Assembly (NCBI GenBank): GCA_965657355.1
Contig: CBFHOE010000002.1
Span: 96,001 to 160,000, forward strand
DNA from: Limisphaerales bacterium
GTDB lineage: Bacteria; Verrucomicrobiota; Verrucomicrobiia; Limisphaerales; JAJOIW01
Direction of reading: 5' to 3'
DNA: 64,000 nucleotides
The translations under genes were made by a program, and so were the position numbers. Positions 10,112 through 19,700 of this stretch are shown one piece after another (positions within the stretch are counted from its first letter, which is position 1; every line of letters starts with the position of its first letter). The notes below the pieces were generated by a model, which had not been told where the DNA came from, did not search any database, and was given only the letters and a program-made list of their open reading frames with translations.

Positions 10112-10282
10112 ATGACAAGACCAAAAGTTGATATTGATGAATCTATAAATAGCGAGCACAATCGCTTCCACCATGCTGACGGAAAAGGTACAAAGACACA
10201 AAAACATCGGTATGAGAGGCGTAAAGTAAAGGAAGTCTTACACCAGATAACTCCTTCGGAAAATGAGGAATCTACCTCATAA
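10112..10282 (+). CDS. small hypothetical protein (56 aa), absent from the supplied ORF track
   Basis: ATG..TAA reads MTRPKVDIDESINSEHNRFHHADGKGTKTQKHRYERRKVKEVLHQITPSENEESTS; A-rich leader; sits in an otherwise empty 740-bp gap. Confidence 0.55.
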   Translation: MTRPKVDIDESINSEHNRFHHADGKGTKTQKHRYERRKVKEVLHQITPSENEESTS

Positions 10283-10424
10283 ATTCCACTACAATATAAT
10301 ATTAATAAAGACTGACTTTAAATTTAGTATTTTTCCCAAATAGCCTCTGTGCCTGTACGCAAGCAAGTTACCCTAATCACTAAAATTTGGGCAGCACCAG
10401 TGAATGGTTTTTGAGGTTGTATGC

Positions 10425-10679
10425 TTACTTCATCAGAAGAGCGTGACGGGCTCGTTTAACAGCCTTTGTCAAGCGTCTCTGATATGGAGCAGGCAGACCA
10501 GTATATTTACGAGGTAAGATCCTGCCTTGGTCGGTAACAAACTGCTTTAAGAACTCGACATTCTTGTAATCGAGCAAGTCAAGCGAGTATCCAACGCGTG
10601 GCCTGGTTCTAGGAGCACGGTATTCGTTCGTCCTTTGTCCTCTTTTTTTGTTTTTATCGAGAGTGTTTTTACGTGGCAT
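10425..10679 (-). CDS. rpsR: 30S ribosomal protein S18 (Cys-less form)
   Basis: LDYKNVEFLKQFV..GRILPRKYTG...QRRLTKAVKRARH. Confidence 0.95.
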   Translation of the reverse strand: MPRKNTLDKNKKRGQRTNEYRAPRTRPRVGYSLDLLDYKNVEFLKQFVTDQGRILPRKYTGLPAPYQRRLTKAVKRARHALLMK

Positions 10680-10727
10680 TTCTAAATTTGTGGTTCGGAT
10701 TGAATCGTACGAGGACCCAGTTGAGCA

Positions 10728-10895
10728 TTACTTAATTTCTCTGTGTAATGTGTGGCGTCTCAAGAAAGGGTTGTATTTCTTGATTTCCAGTTTTTCAGGC
10801 TGGGTTTTCTTATTTCTTGTGGTTGTATATCTCGATGGAGAGGCACCTTCTTTTCTCGCCTCCGTGCATTCTATAGTTACTATTTCACGTGCCAT
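10728..10895 (-). CDS. rpmG: 50S ribosomal protein L33 (non-zinc-ribbon form), absent from the ORF track
   Basis: Translated by hand: [55 protein letters not shown]. Confidence 0.95.
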   Translation of the reverse strand: MAREIVTIECTEARKEGASPSRYTTTRNKKTQPEKLEIKKYNPFLRRHTLHREIK

Positions 10896-10897
10896 GA

Positions 10898-11638
10898 TTA
10901 GTCCTTATCCTTAGTTGTTCTTGAATTTGATGAGTCGTCGTCATCGCTATCGCTCGATGAAGACGATGCTGCCTTGTCCAGGCTGCCAAGGGCTCCTAGC
11001 CTTTTTTGCTTAATTTCACCATTTCTCTCGAGTTGGGCTTGAGCTTCTACGGTAAATCTTGTCCAGGGTATAGCAACTAATCGGGCTTTAGGGATTGGTT
11101 TGCCTGAAAGTTCGCAGATACCAAAAGTTCCCTTCTCTATACGCTTGAGGGCCTCGTCGATCTCATAAAGAGAATCTTGATCAGAAGACATTAGGCTCAA
11201 GTTAAAATCTCGATCGAAATTGTCTGTCCCGGAATCGGCCATGTGAAGACTGTATCCAGTCATTTCTTCGGCTGATTCTTTGGCTAAACCTGATAATTGC
11301 GCTGAAATTTGGTTTCTGATTCGTATGAGTTCTTTAAAATAACTAACCCATTCCGGCTTAATCATGGAAACATCAACGGATTCAAATTCCTGGTTTTGTC
11401 TTTCTGCTTCTTCTTTCCGCTCTTTAGCCGATGGTCGTCCGAGTATTGATGCTGCCAGAGAGGAAGGCTTGGAGATCGACGATGATCGCTCCACTTTCTT
11501 TGCTACTGCCTTTTTGACCGCCGCCTTCTTGGCAACCGTCTTCTTAGCAACTGCCTTCTTAGCTGCCTTTTTGACCGTTGCCTTTGGCAGATCATTAGCT
11601 TTAGCAGATGAATCTTTGCTTTTCTTTTTAGTAGCCAC
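10898..11638 (-). CDS. dksA: DksA/TraR family regulator with Lys/Ala-rich N-terminus
   Basis: HMADSGTD coiled-coil tip, [35 protein letters not shown]. Confidence 0.85.
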   Translation of the reverse strand: MATKKKSKDSSAKANDLPKATVKKAAKKAVAKKTVAKKAAVKKAVAKKVERSSSISKPSSLAASILGRPSAKERKEEAERQNQEFESVDVSMIKPEWVSYFKELIRIRNQISAQLSGLAKESAEEMTGYSLHMADSGTDNFDRDFNLSLMSSDQDSLYEIDEALKRIEKGTFGICELSGKPIPKARLVAIPWTRFTVEAQAQLERNGEIKQKRLGALGSLDKAASSSSSDSDDDDSSNSRTTKDKD

Positions 11639-11756
11639 TTTAGTTACGTATTACATGACAACCACTCGGACCATCAAAACATGTTAGAGTCGGGTATATT
11701 ACCGATAAGATCCAATTAAGCCACTAAATTCTGAAAAAAAATTAGTGATGTGAAAT

Positions 11757-12581
11757 TTAATTGATATCGGGAAAATCAGAGGAGTTTACCAAAGCGTATG
11801 CATTGTGCAGATGTATACTTTCAAAATTCTCTGCCTCCACTTGAAACCACGATAAGGATTTTATGTTTTTGAGTTCACTAGCAATATTCCTGACCAAATC
11901 TTCGACGAAAACCGGGTTTAAATAGGCAGTTTCGGTAACTTTTTTTTCATCAACCCTTTTCAGAATGGAATAAAGCTCACTGCTTGCGGATTTTTCTACT
12001 ATTTCTATCAATTCAGATATGTCGGGCTTAGTTGAGCTTTGAAATTTCAAGGTAACTTCGCCTCTTTGATTATGAGCAGAAAATTCGGAGATAGCTTTCG
12101 AACATGGGCATAAGGTCGTCACCCACACTTTAAGAGTATTGGTCTGAGAGAATTGTCCGTTCTTGATTTCTGCCAAGGCAGAAATTAAGTATTTCATTGG
12201 TCCATTTTTTCCTGATACGGGGGCCGATTTAGACAAGAATATAGGACATTCGATATGAAATCCGGCTCGAGAAGATGGCAATTTCTCCAACAAAAGATCC
12301 AAGAAGCTCTTGAGATCAAAAAGATCTAGAGGTTTGCTCATTTCACCCAATGTTTCGACAAAGCGACTCATGTGAGTCCCTTTAATGCTGGGTTCCAATG
12401 AAACATCCAAAGCACATTTTGCTATGGTATTTTGCTCGAAATTATGGCTTATTTTTAAAGCCAAAGGGAGTTCTAATTCTCGAATGCCCACTTTTCGAAT
12501 GGGTATGTGTCTATGATCACTCAGGCTTTGAGTGTCCGGTAGCTGTGAAGTATGTGAAGTTGAATCCAATTGAGATTCCAT
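11757..12581 (-). CDS. folE2: GTP cyclohydrolase IB (FolE2)
   Basis: LPDTQ, KGTHMSRF, TLCPCSK, AHNQR, LKRVDE, FVEDLVR, ESIH.HNA. Confidence 0.95.
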   Translation of the reverse strand: MESQLDSTSHTSQLPDTQSLSDHRHIPIRKVGIRELELPLALKISHNFEQNTIAKCALDVSLEPSIKGTHMSRFVETLGEMSKPLDLFDLKSFLDLLLEKLPSSRAGFHIECPIFLSKSAPVSGKNGPMKYLISALAEIKNGQFSQTNTLKVWVTTLCPCSKAISEFSAHNQRGEVTLKFQSSTKPDISELIEIVEKSASSELYSILKRVDEKKVTETAYLNPVFVEDLVRNIASELKNIKSLSWFQVEAENFESIHLHNAYALVNSSDFPDIN

Positions 12582-12588
12582 TATTTAG

Positions 12589-13590
12589 ATGAGTAATATT
12601 ATTAAAATTCGTTTCATCATAACCAAAATTCAGATTTTTCCAAAAGTTAATCAAATTATAATTCTGGCAGTCATAATTTTGGTAACGCCCGTCAGAGGGG
12701 AAGAAAAGAGTGAGATAGATGAAACAAATGGCGATAATTTAAGACGGCTGCGCCTAATGACTTGGAATCTCGAAAACTACAGGGTCACACCTTCAGATTT
12801 CGGACAGCCAAAGTCACTCAGATCCAGAAATATCATAGCGGAGGCGATTGCAAATCATAAGCCCAACATACTGCTGCTTCAAGAGATCGGTGATGAAAAC
12901 TCAATAAAAAACCTTCAAAATTTAATAAAAAAATACCATTGGGCCATGCCATACTCCGCCTCACTCATAAGCAGTGAAAAAACCAATGTCCTTAATACTG
13001 CCCTGTTGAGCACCTGCGTTATAGAGAAGATCCCCGACAACGGTTTGAATCACTACCTACATATGGGCCAATTGCTTCCAATACAAAGAGGCATTCTCTT
13101 TTGCACCGCAAAAACACAGCACTTCGGGGCCCTGGCGATAATATGCTTACACCTAAAATCTCATCGCGAAGTCGTGTTCGGAGACCAGGAAATAATGAGA
13201 GAAAAAGAAGCCATTTTGGTCAGGAAAAAACTAAATTCATTTATGAGGCAGGCCCCTAACGCACTCATAGTTGTTGGTGGAGATCTGAATGACCACCCAA
13301 ACTCCAAAACACTGAAAGTACTAAAAGGAACATTGGCTTCAAGATTGTATGATGTAAGGCCAACTGAAAAGACGAGTTTTTCTCGCAATAGTAATAATGG
13401 CATTGCGTGGACTCATTATTACCAACAAGAGGACTCTTATTCCCGATTTGATTACTTTTTAATAAATAGACAATTAAAGAATCTGATTGATTACGGAAAT
13501 ACCTTTATTGTCGAGCGAGAGGCTTGGGATTTGGCCTCCGATCACAGACCATTGTTAATGACTATAAAGATTCAGCAAACGCCGGAATGA
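12589..13590 (+). CDS. endonuclease/exonuclease/phosphatase (EEP) family protein, probably secreted; start uncertain
   Basis: TWNLEN, LQEI, HLKS, GDLND, FDY, SDHRP. Confidence 0.85.
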   Translation: MSNIIKIRFIITKIQIFPKVNQIIILAVIILVTPVRGEEKSEIDETNGDNLRRLRLMTWNLENYRVTPSDFGQPKSLRSRNIIAEAIANHKPNILLLQEIGDENSIKNLQNLIKKYHWAMPYSASLISSEKTNVLNTALLSTCVIEKIPDNGLNHYLHMGQLLPIQRGILFCTAKTQHFGALAIICLHLKSHREVVFGDQEIMREKEAILVRKKLNSFMRQAPNALIVVGGDLNDHPNSKTLKVLKGTLASRLYDVRPTEKTSFSRNSNNGIAWTHYYQQEDSYSRFDYFLINRQLKNLIDYGNTFIVEREAWDLASDHRPLLMTIKIQQTPE

Positions 13591-13609
13591 TTATCAGACT
13601 GAGAACAAA

Positions 13610-14524
13610 TCACTTTATTTTGAAGTAACTCCGAAGGGTGTCCGAAATATCAAGCGGCCTCCAATTATCAAATTTATTTTGTTTAGGGAGGAATTCGAGT
13701 GAGTCTGCCTCTGCCCTCTTAATTTGTTCCTCGGTCATATGTCTTCGAAGTTTCTCCCTCTGTCTTGCAGCATATTCATTTCCATCTGCAGCAGCTAGAT
13801 TGAACCACATGAATGATCTAACAACATCTGAATGTGGGTTTTCATTAAGCATTCTAGGAGCAAGCAGAACTCCCATATTATTTTTAGCAGCAGGATGGCC
13901 TTGATTGGCAGCTAACTGACACCAATGTATGGCGAGCTTATCATCTTTATCCACGCCTATAGCTCCATCATAGCAGTTACTGAGCATGATTTGGCTTTGG
14001 ACATCACCTAAGTTGGCTAAGTAAGTAAGCACTTCAACAGCGGGCTCCAACCGGGCGCTCCCTCCTTCGGCATTTTGCCACATAACAGCCACACGTTTCA
14101 TAGAAGCTGGGACGCCAGCATTAGCAGGTATAAGAAAGTTTTTTAGAGATTCCGATCTACTTTTAGGCACTCCTTTACCGTCATAATACAGTTCACCCAA
14201 CTTATGAAATGATTTCAAATGACCCGTTTGAGAGGATTTTTTTAACCAAAGAGCTGCTTCGGAGTATTTAGAATCCATGATGAGGATGACAGCGAGGTTA
14301 TATTGACTTGCAGCAAGGCCTCTATTCGCCGCCCTCTCGAACCAAGCTTTTGCCTTCACTTGATCTTTTAAAACTCCACTGCCTTCAGCATAGAGTATTC
14401 CCAGTTTGTCCATAGCTCGGACATCACCATTATTTGCATCCCTGAGAATTTCAGAAAACTGTTGCGCACCTGAGTAAATCTGATTCGACAACAAAATAAC
14501 AAAACAAATGAGCAATTTATGCAT
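13610..14524 (-). CDS. Sel1-like repeat protein
   Basis: Signal peptide; repeated LG.LY..G.GV.KD...A..W...AA..G units. Confidence 0.9.
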   Translation of the reverse strand: MHKLLICFVILLSNQIYSGAQQFSEILRDANNGDVRAMDKLGILYAEGSGVLKDQVKAKAWFERAANRGLAASQYNLAVILIMDSKYSEAALWLKKSSQTGHLKSFHKLGELYYDGKGVPKSRSESLKNFLIPANAGVPASMKRVAVMWQNAEGGSARLEPAVEVLTYLANLGDVQSQIMLSNCYDGAIGVDKDDKLAIHWCQLAANQGHPAAKNNMGVLLAPRMLNENPHSDVVRSFMWFNLAAADGNEYAARQREKLRRHMTEEQIKRAEADSLEFLPKQNKFDNWRPLDISDTLRSYFKIK

Positions 14525-14978
14525 GGAGCTTAATTTAAAGTTCAGTCTTAACGGTGCATTAAAGTTGGCACCAGGTTCATCTGGCTTATTTATGACCATA
14601 ATTTGTCTCATATATAAATCGTCATGTTCATAACTTACTTAAGTTCAATGATTAACATGAAAACGAGATAAGACGTGAATAATGACTCATATTGCCCATT
14701 TGCTACCGGATTTCATGATAATTACTAAAATTTCAATACCCGAGCAGCCAAAAGCTCACTCGCAAGGAGCTAGTTTGTTTGAATTTATCTAAAAAGTATT
14801 TCTCTGTCGGATCATATGAGCTGCACCGACGACGTCTGATCAAATTTCTTGCTTCAAGGAAAGGGGATTACTTCATTTATTTCACCAGTAAAAATAGTCT
14901 TTATATCATATCAGAATCCCCGAATGACTTAATAATGCTTAATAAAATAACTATCTGTAAAAGTCAGAATTCATCATT

Positions 14979-16463
14979 TTAATGAGCCCTATACCATTTC
15001 TTGGGAAGGGGATGTTTTTTAAGAATATTGAGTAACCGGTTAAAGGCCTGTGGTTTAGATGAAGCTATATTCACCCTTTCCATTGGGTCAGATTGGTAAT
15101 CGTAGAGTTCATATTCAGGCTCAAGAGTTGGATTTTTCATGTTATACCATTGAACAAGCCTAAATCTTTGGGTCCTTATAGCCCTTCCCATCTTATTTCT
15201 GCGCGGAAAGCAATGGTAAACATGATCACCAATACTTTTCTTAGGATTTTTTAATACGGGCAATAGGCTTTTGCCATCCATTGGTTGGGGGCCATCAGGT
15301 TTGGGGAGTCCGGCAAGCTCCGCCAGGGTCGGGTAAATATCCACAGTCTCGGCCAATTGAGACGTTGCAGCCCCCTTCTGCGCTATACCCGGAGCAACGA
15401 ACAATAAGGGTATCCTATTGCTTTGTTCATAATTTGTGTGCTTCGTCCAATATCCATGGTCCCCAAGGTGCCACCCGTGGTCCCCCCAGAGCACAATGAT
15501 GGTGCTCTTACTGAGACCCAAATTATCGAGAGCTTTGGTGACCTTTCCAATTTGAGCGTCCGTGTATGTTGTCGTTGCATAATAGCCATGCAGTAAAGTC
15601 TTTTGAATTTTATCTGTTTTCAGATTTTCAACTGATAATGGAGAATAATTAACGATCTCCCCACCTCGCTTTCCTGCGTATGAAGGCGCCCCAGCAGGAT
15701 GATTTTGAAATGGAGAAAGTTCAAATTTTGAGGGATTGTGCATGTCCCAGTATTTCTTGGGAGCAGTGAATGGCAAATGAGGCTTCACAAAACCAAGTGC
15801 CAGAAAAAATGGCTTATCTGGATTCTTTGCGGCGGTCTCAAGTCTTTTGATTCCTTCTTTTGCAATTCGGCCATCGGCATAGGCATCATCCTGGACATCT
15901 GCAAATTCCCAAGCAGCGCCCTTGGGCAAGGAGCGTATATTGCCTAATTTTTGATTTGAGAAGTATGCTTCTTCTCTCGTTAATTGCCCACCACCAGTGC
16001 TTTCAGGCTTAAGGTATTCAACGACTTTTTCGCGAACAGGAGGGCGGCTCCATGAGGCAGGATCCCCAGTATTTCCATGTCCGAAGTGCAGAATTTTGCC
16101 GACTGCCTCTGCTGTATAACCATGATTGCGAAAGTGTTGAGGTAATGAAATAGCTTCAGGATATGCTTTTCTGAATGGGGTTCCTAAACCGTAGATTCCT
16201 AATGACGTAGAGCGAGCCCCCAAAAGTAGGTTATTTCTTGATGGAGCACAGACAGCTTGGTTGCAATACGCCTTTTTAAATTTCACACCTCTGGAAGCGA
16301 GCTCATCGATATTTGGGGTAATGGCCAATTTGTCTCCATAACAACCAATGGCTGGTTTTAAATCATCCACCAAAATCATTAAAATATTTTTCTTTGCCCA
16401 TGAAATTTCAGCATCAACAAAAAAAATAAATGAAAATAAAATTATTAAATATCGAAAATACAT
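14979..16463 (-). CDS. Cys-type sulfatase (iduronate-2-sulfatase-like)
   Basis: Signal peptide; ILVDDL, CAPSR, GKILH, KPHLPF, GDHGWHLG. Confidence 0.92.
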   Translation of the reverse strand: MYFRYLIILFSFIFFVDAEISWAKKNILMILVDDLKPAIGCYGDKLAITPNIDELASRGVKFKKAYCNQAVCAPSRNNLLLGARSTSLGIYGLGTPFRKAYPEAISLPQHFRNHGYTAEAVGKILHFGHGNTGDPASWSRPPVREKVVEYLKPESTGGGQLTREEAYFSNQKLGNIRSLPKGAAWEFADVQDDAYADGRIAKEGIKRLETAAKNPDKPFFLALGFVKPHLPFTAPKKYWDMHNPSKFELSPFQNHPAGAPSYAGKRGGEIVNYSPLSVENLKTDKIQKTLLHGYYATTTYTDAQIGKVTKALDNLGLSKSTIIVLWGDHGWHLGDHGYWTKHTNYEQSNRIPLLFVAPGIAQKGAATSQLAETVDIYPTLAELAGLPKPDGPQPMDGKSLLPVLKNPKKSIGDHVYHCFPRRNKMGRAIRTQRFRLVQWYNMKNPTLEPEYELYDYQSDPMERVNIASSKPQAFNRLLNILKKHPLPKKWYRAH

Positions 16464-16729
16464 AGGGCCAGAATAAACCAGGTCATTCCCACATCAAAAC
16501 CAAATATCCACGCCGCAAACTGATAAATATGAATTAGTTAGAAATTCTAGTCCCCGGAAGGGTGCCGATTGGAGCACAAAACTCAATTAAATCAACGGGA
16601 AAAAATAAAGTGAAAGGTAATTAATAAATCCAAGTATACCCATATGAAATTAAAAAGTTTTCGGTTTACCAAATGCGGTAATCATCCGATTTCGATACAA
16701 GGTCTATTAGAAATAAATTGAGAAATAGT

Positions 16730-19700
16730 ATGTTTGAAAGAAAAAATAGTTTGTGGGGAAGCATAGTCTTCGCACTCATGTTTGCATTAGCGACTCCCTT
16801 TGTTACGGAGTCCTTGTATGCTGGGGTCACGATCAATACCGAGCCAGTGTCTATCGAGGCAAATGCTGGTGACCGAGTTGAATTCTCTGTTGGCGCAACC
16901 GGTACGTCATTGAGATATCAGTGGTATAAAAATGGTATTCGCCTGAACGGAAAGACAAGTCGGAGACTCATTTTATCAAGTGTAGACTTTGATGACTCTG
17001 CTACTTACCACGTAAGAATTCGAGATAATAGGAATGATACCGAATGGTCCGGCCCAGGTATCCTCAACGTATCCACAACATCTGGTGGTACGATAAACAT
17101 TTGTAACGCAACTCTGGATTCAGGGTCGCGCAGAGTAGCCGTATCTCATCCGGAAACTGGAAAATTGCTGAATGGAAGAGAGTGGTTTGCCCAACCGTAT
17201 GTTGGTAATGACATTGAAAATTTAGCTCCCACTGGAGCGGCTGTTCCATTTTACGAATCTGATATAGGAACAGGAATTTGGTTTAAAACCCCTAATCCAA
17301 TTAGAAAAATAAATGGGGTCGCCCCAGGCCGAGAAGTTTTAGTACAATTCAGAGTGTGGGAGTGGGGAAAGGGAAAAACTTTTGAAGAAGCGCTCGAAAA
17401 TGACTCCGATTTTTTCGCATCAAATATATTTGAATACACAACAGGTGGTGCCGGAAGCCCGCCATCAATTGCTCCTTCAGTTAATGGTCTTCAAGAATTC
17501 TTCTTTAATTCAGGGCTTCCCATTACTGAAGCAACTATTCTTTCACAATCGACACATAAATTTTACTCCGAAGGTGAAACTGTCCTTATAGAAGTTGAAG
17601 CTGATGGACCTGGGTTGACATATAATTGGTATGTCAATGGAATGCCATCAGATGTCTCCGACACAGGGTCGATTCTTTTTGAAAATGCCACAGCTGCTAA
17701 TTCTGGAACCTACCAACTTGAAGTGGTTGATGAAAACGGTAAATCTGCTATCTCCGAGCCCATAATCACTGTCGTCCTCCCATTCACTGGGGGAACATTC
17801 AATTTTTGCAATATTGGTTTAGACTCTGGCCAACGAAATGTTCCAGTAATCCACCCTGAGTCTGGAGGAGTTTCGGGTATCGAGTGGCTAGCACAACCAT
17901 ATGTCGGCGAAGATGCCTACAACATGCTCCCTGTTGGTCCTCCTTCACCTTTCTTCACAGGTGAAGCGGCCGGACTGATCGTGAAAAGCCCGACTCCAAC
18001 CAGGAAAGCGACCCATGTAGAACCCGGAACGGTTGCCACGATGCAAATCAGGGTTTGGCAATCTGGAAAAGGTGGCAGTTTTGAATCTGCAGTTGAGAAT
18101 GGATCAGACTTTTTCGCTTCAAATATTTTCGAGGTGGCTCTGGGGGGAGTTGGAACACCTCCAAGTATTCCAACAAATATTAATGCTCTCGAGGAATTCT
18201 TCTTTAATGATGGATTGCCAATTGAGGAAGCAACAATACTTGGTCAATCAGATCACATCTCAATTTTGGAAGGATCCCCACTTGAACTGAATGTTGAAGC
18301 TGTTGGTTTGGGACTGTCTTACCAGTGGTTCTTCAATGGATCTTTAATTGAAAATTCCAACTCTGAAAGTTATTCCATTGCGAATTCCAATGAGAGTCAT
18401 AGCGGCACCTATCACGTCATTGTCACTGATGAAAACGAAAACACAGCAGTGAGTTCACCAATCGTGGCCATGGTATCACCGATCTCCGGAGGTTCATTCA
18501 TATTTTGTAATGTTGGATTAGACGGAGGCACTCGGAACGTTCCAGTCGTTCACCCTGAAACTGGCGGAGTAGAAGGAATGGAATGGCTAGCTCAACCTTG
18601 GGTTGGCAATAATGCTTATGATTTAAAGCCTGTGGGACCAGCGACACCTTTCTTCAATGGTGAAGCTGCTGGACTTATTTTGAAAAGCCCTAACCCTACG
18701 CGGAAGGCATCGCATATTGCTCCAGGCACTTTGGCCACCATCCAAATAAGAGTGTGGCAAGCAAGGAAAGGTAGTGATTTTGAATCAGCTCTAGAAAACG
18801 AATCAGATTTTTTTGCTTCAAACATTTTCACTAAAACACTAGGAGGCATTGGCAACCCTCCATCGGTTCCTACATTTATTGATGAGCTTGAAGAATTTAA
18901 CTTTAACGGGGGACTCCCTTCCCCAGAGGTTTCAATCGTTTCTCAATCCTCCCACCAATCCCTATCGGAAGGTCAGGCGCTCAACATTGAAGTGGAAGCA
19001 GTAGGGCCTGGGTTAGTATACAAATGGTATTTTAATGGATTGCCCGTCAATGATGCTACAACTGGGCTCATCTCAATCCCATCTGTCGTTGAAGCAAACC
19101 AAGGAACATACCAGGTGTTTGTAACAGACGAAAATGGCAAAGTTGCAGTCAGCGAGCCGATCATAGTCATCGTCAATCCATCCTCAGGGGGAACCTTTAA
19201 TTTCTGTAATATAGGTCTAGATGGTGGACAACGAAATGTTCCAGTGACTCACGAACAAATGGTTATTTCAGGAACGGAGTGGTTTGCTCAACCTTTTGTT
19301 GGGAATACTACCAACGACCTAGAACCAGTTGGCCCTCCTGTACCTTTTTACACCGGAGATGCTGCAGGGTTAATTTTAAAAAACCCAACTCCAACTCGTC
19401 GCGCAAAAAACGTAGAACCTGGTAGCGTGGCCACAATCCAAATTCGTGTTTGGCGATCGGGCAAAGGAGCAGATTTCGAATCAGCTTTAAACAATGAATC
19501 GGATTATTTCGCGTCAAATATCTTTACTGCCACGTTGGGCGGTGCTGGAAACCCACCAACATTCCCAGTGGAAATCAATGGATTGAATAAATTCTTTTTC
19601 AATGAAGGGTTACCACCAGAGGTTGCAGAGATTGTAAACCAGCCAACACACACATCATTAACCGTTGGCAATCCGCTATCTCTAGTCGTAGATGCTAAAG

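Noticed and set aside
10648..10914. 88-aa plus-strand ORF
   Set aside because: It is antisense to the real rpmG (10728..10895, minus strand)
16464..16729. Riboswitch upstream of the large surface protein
   Set aside because: Only a short imperfect hairpin (TTACC/GGTAA); no recognisable aptamer consensus
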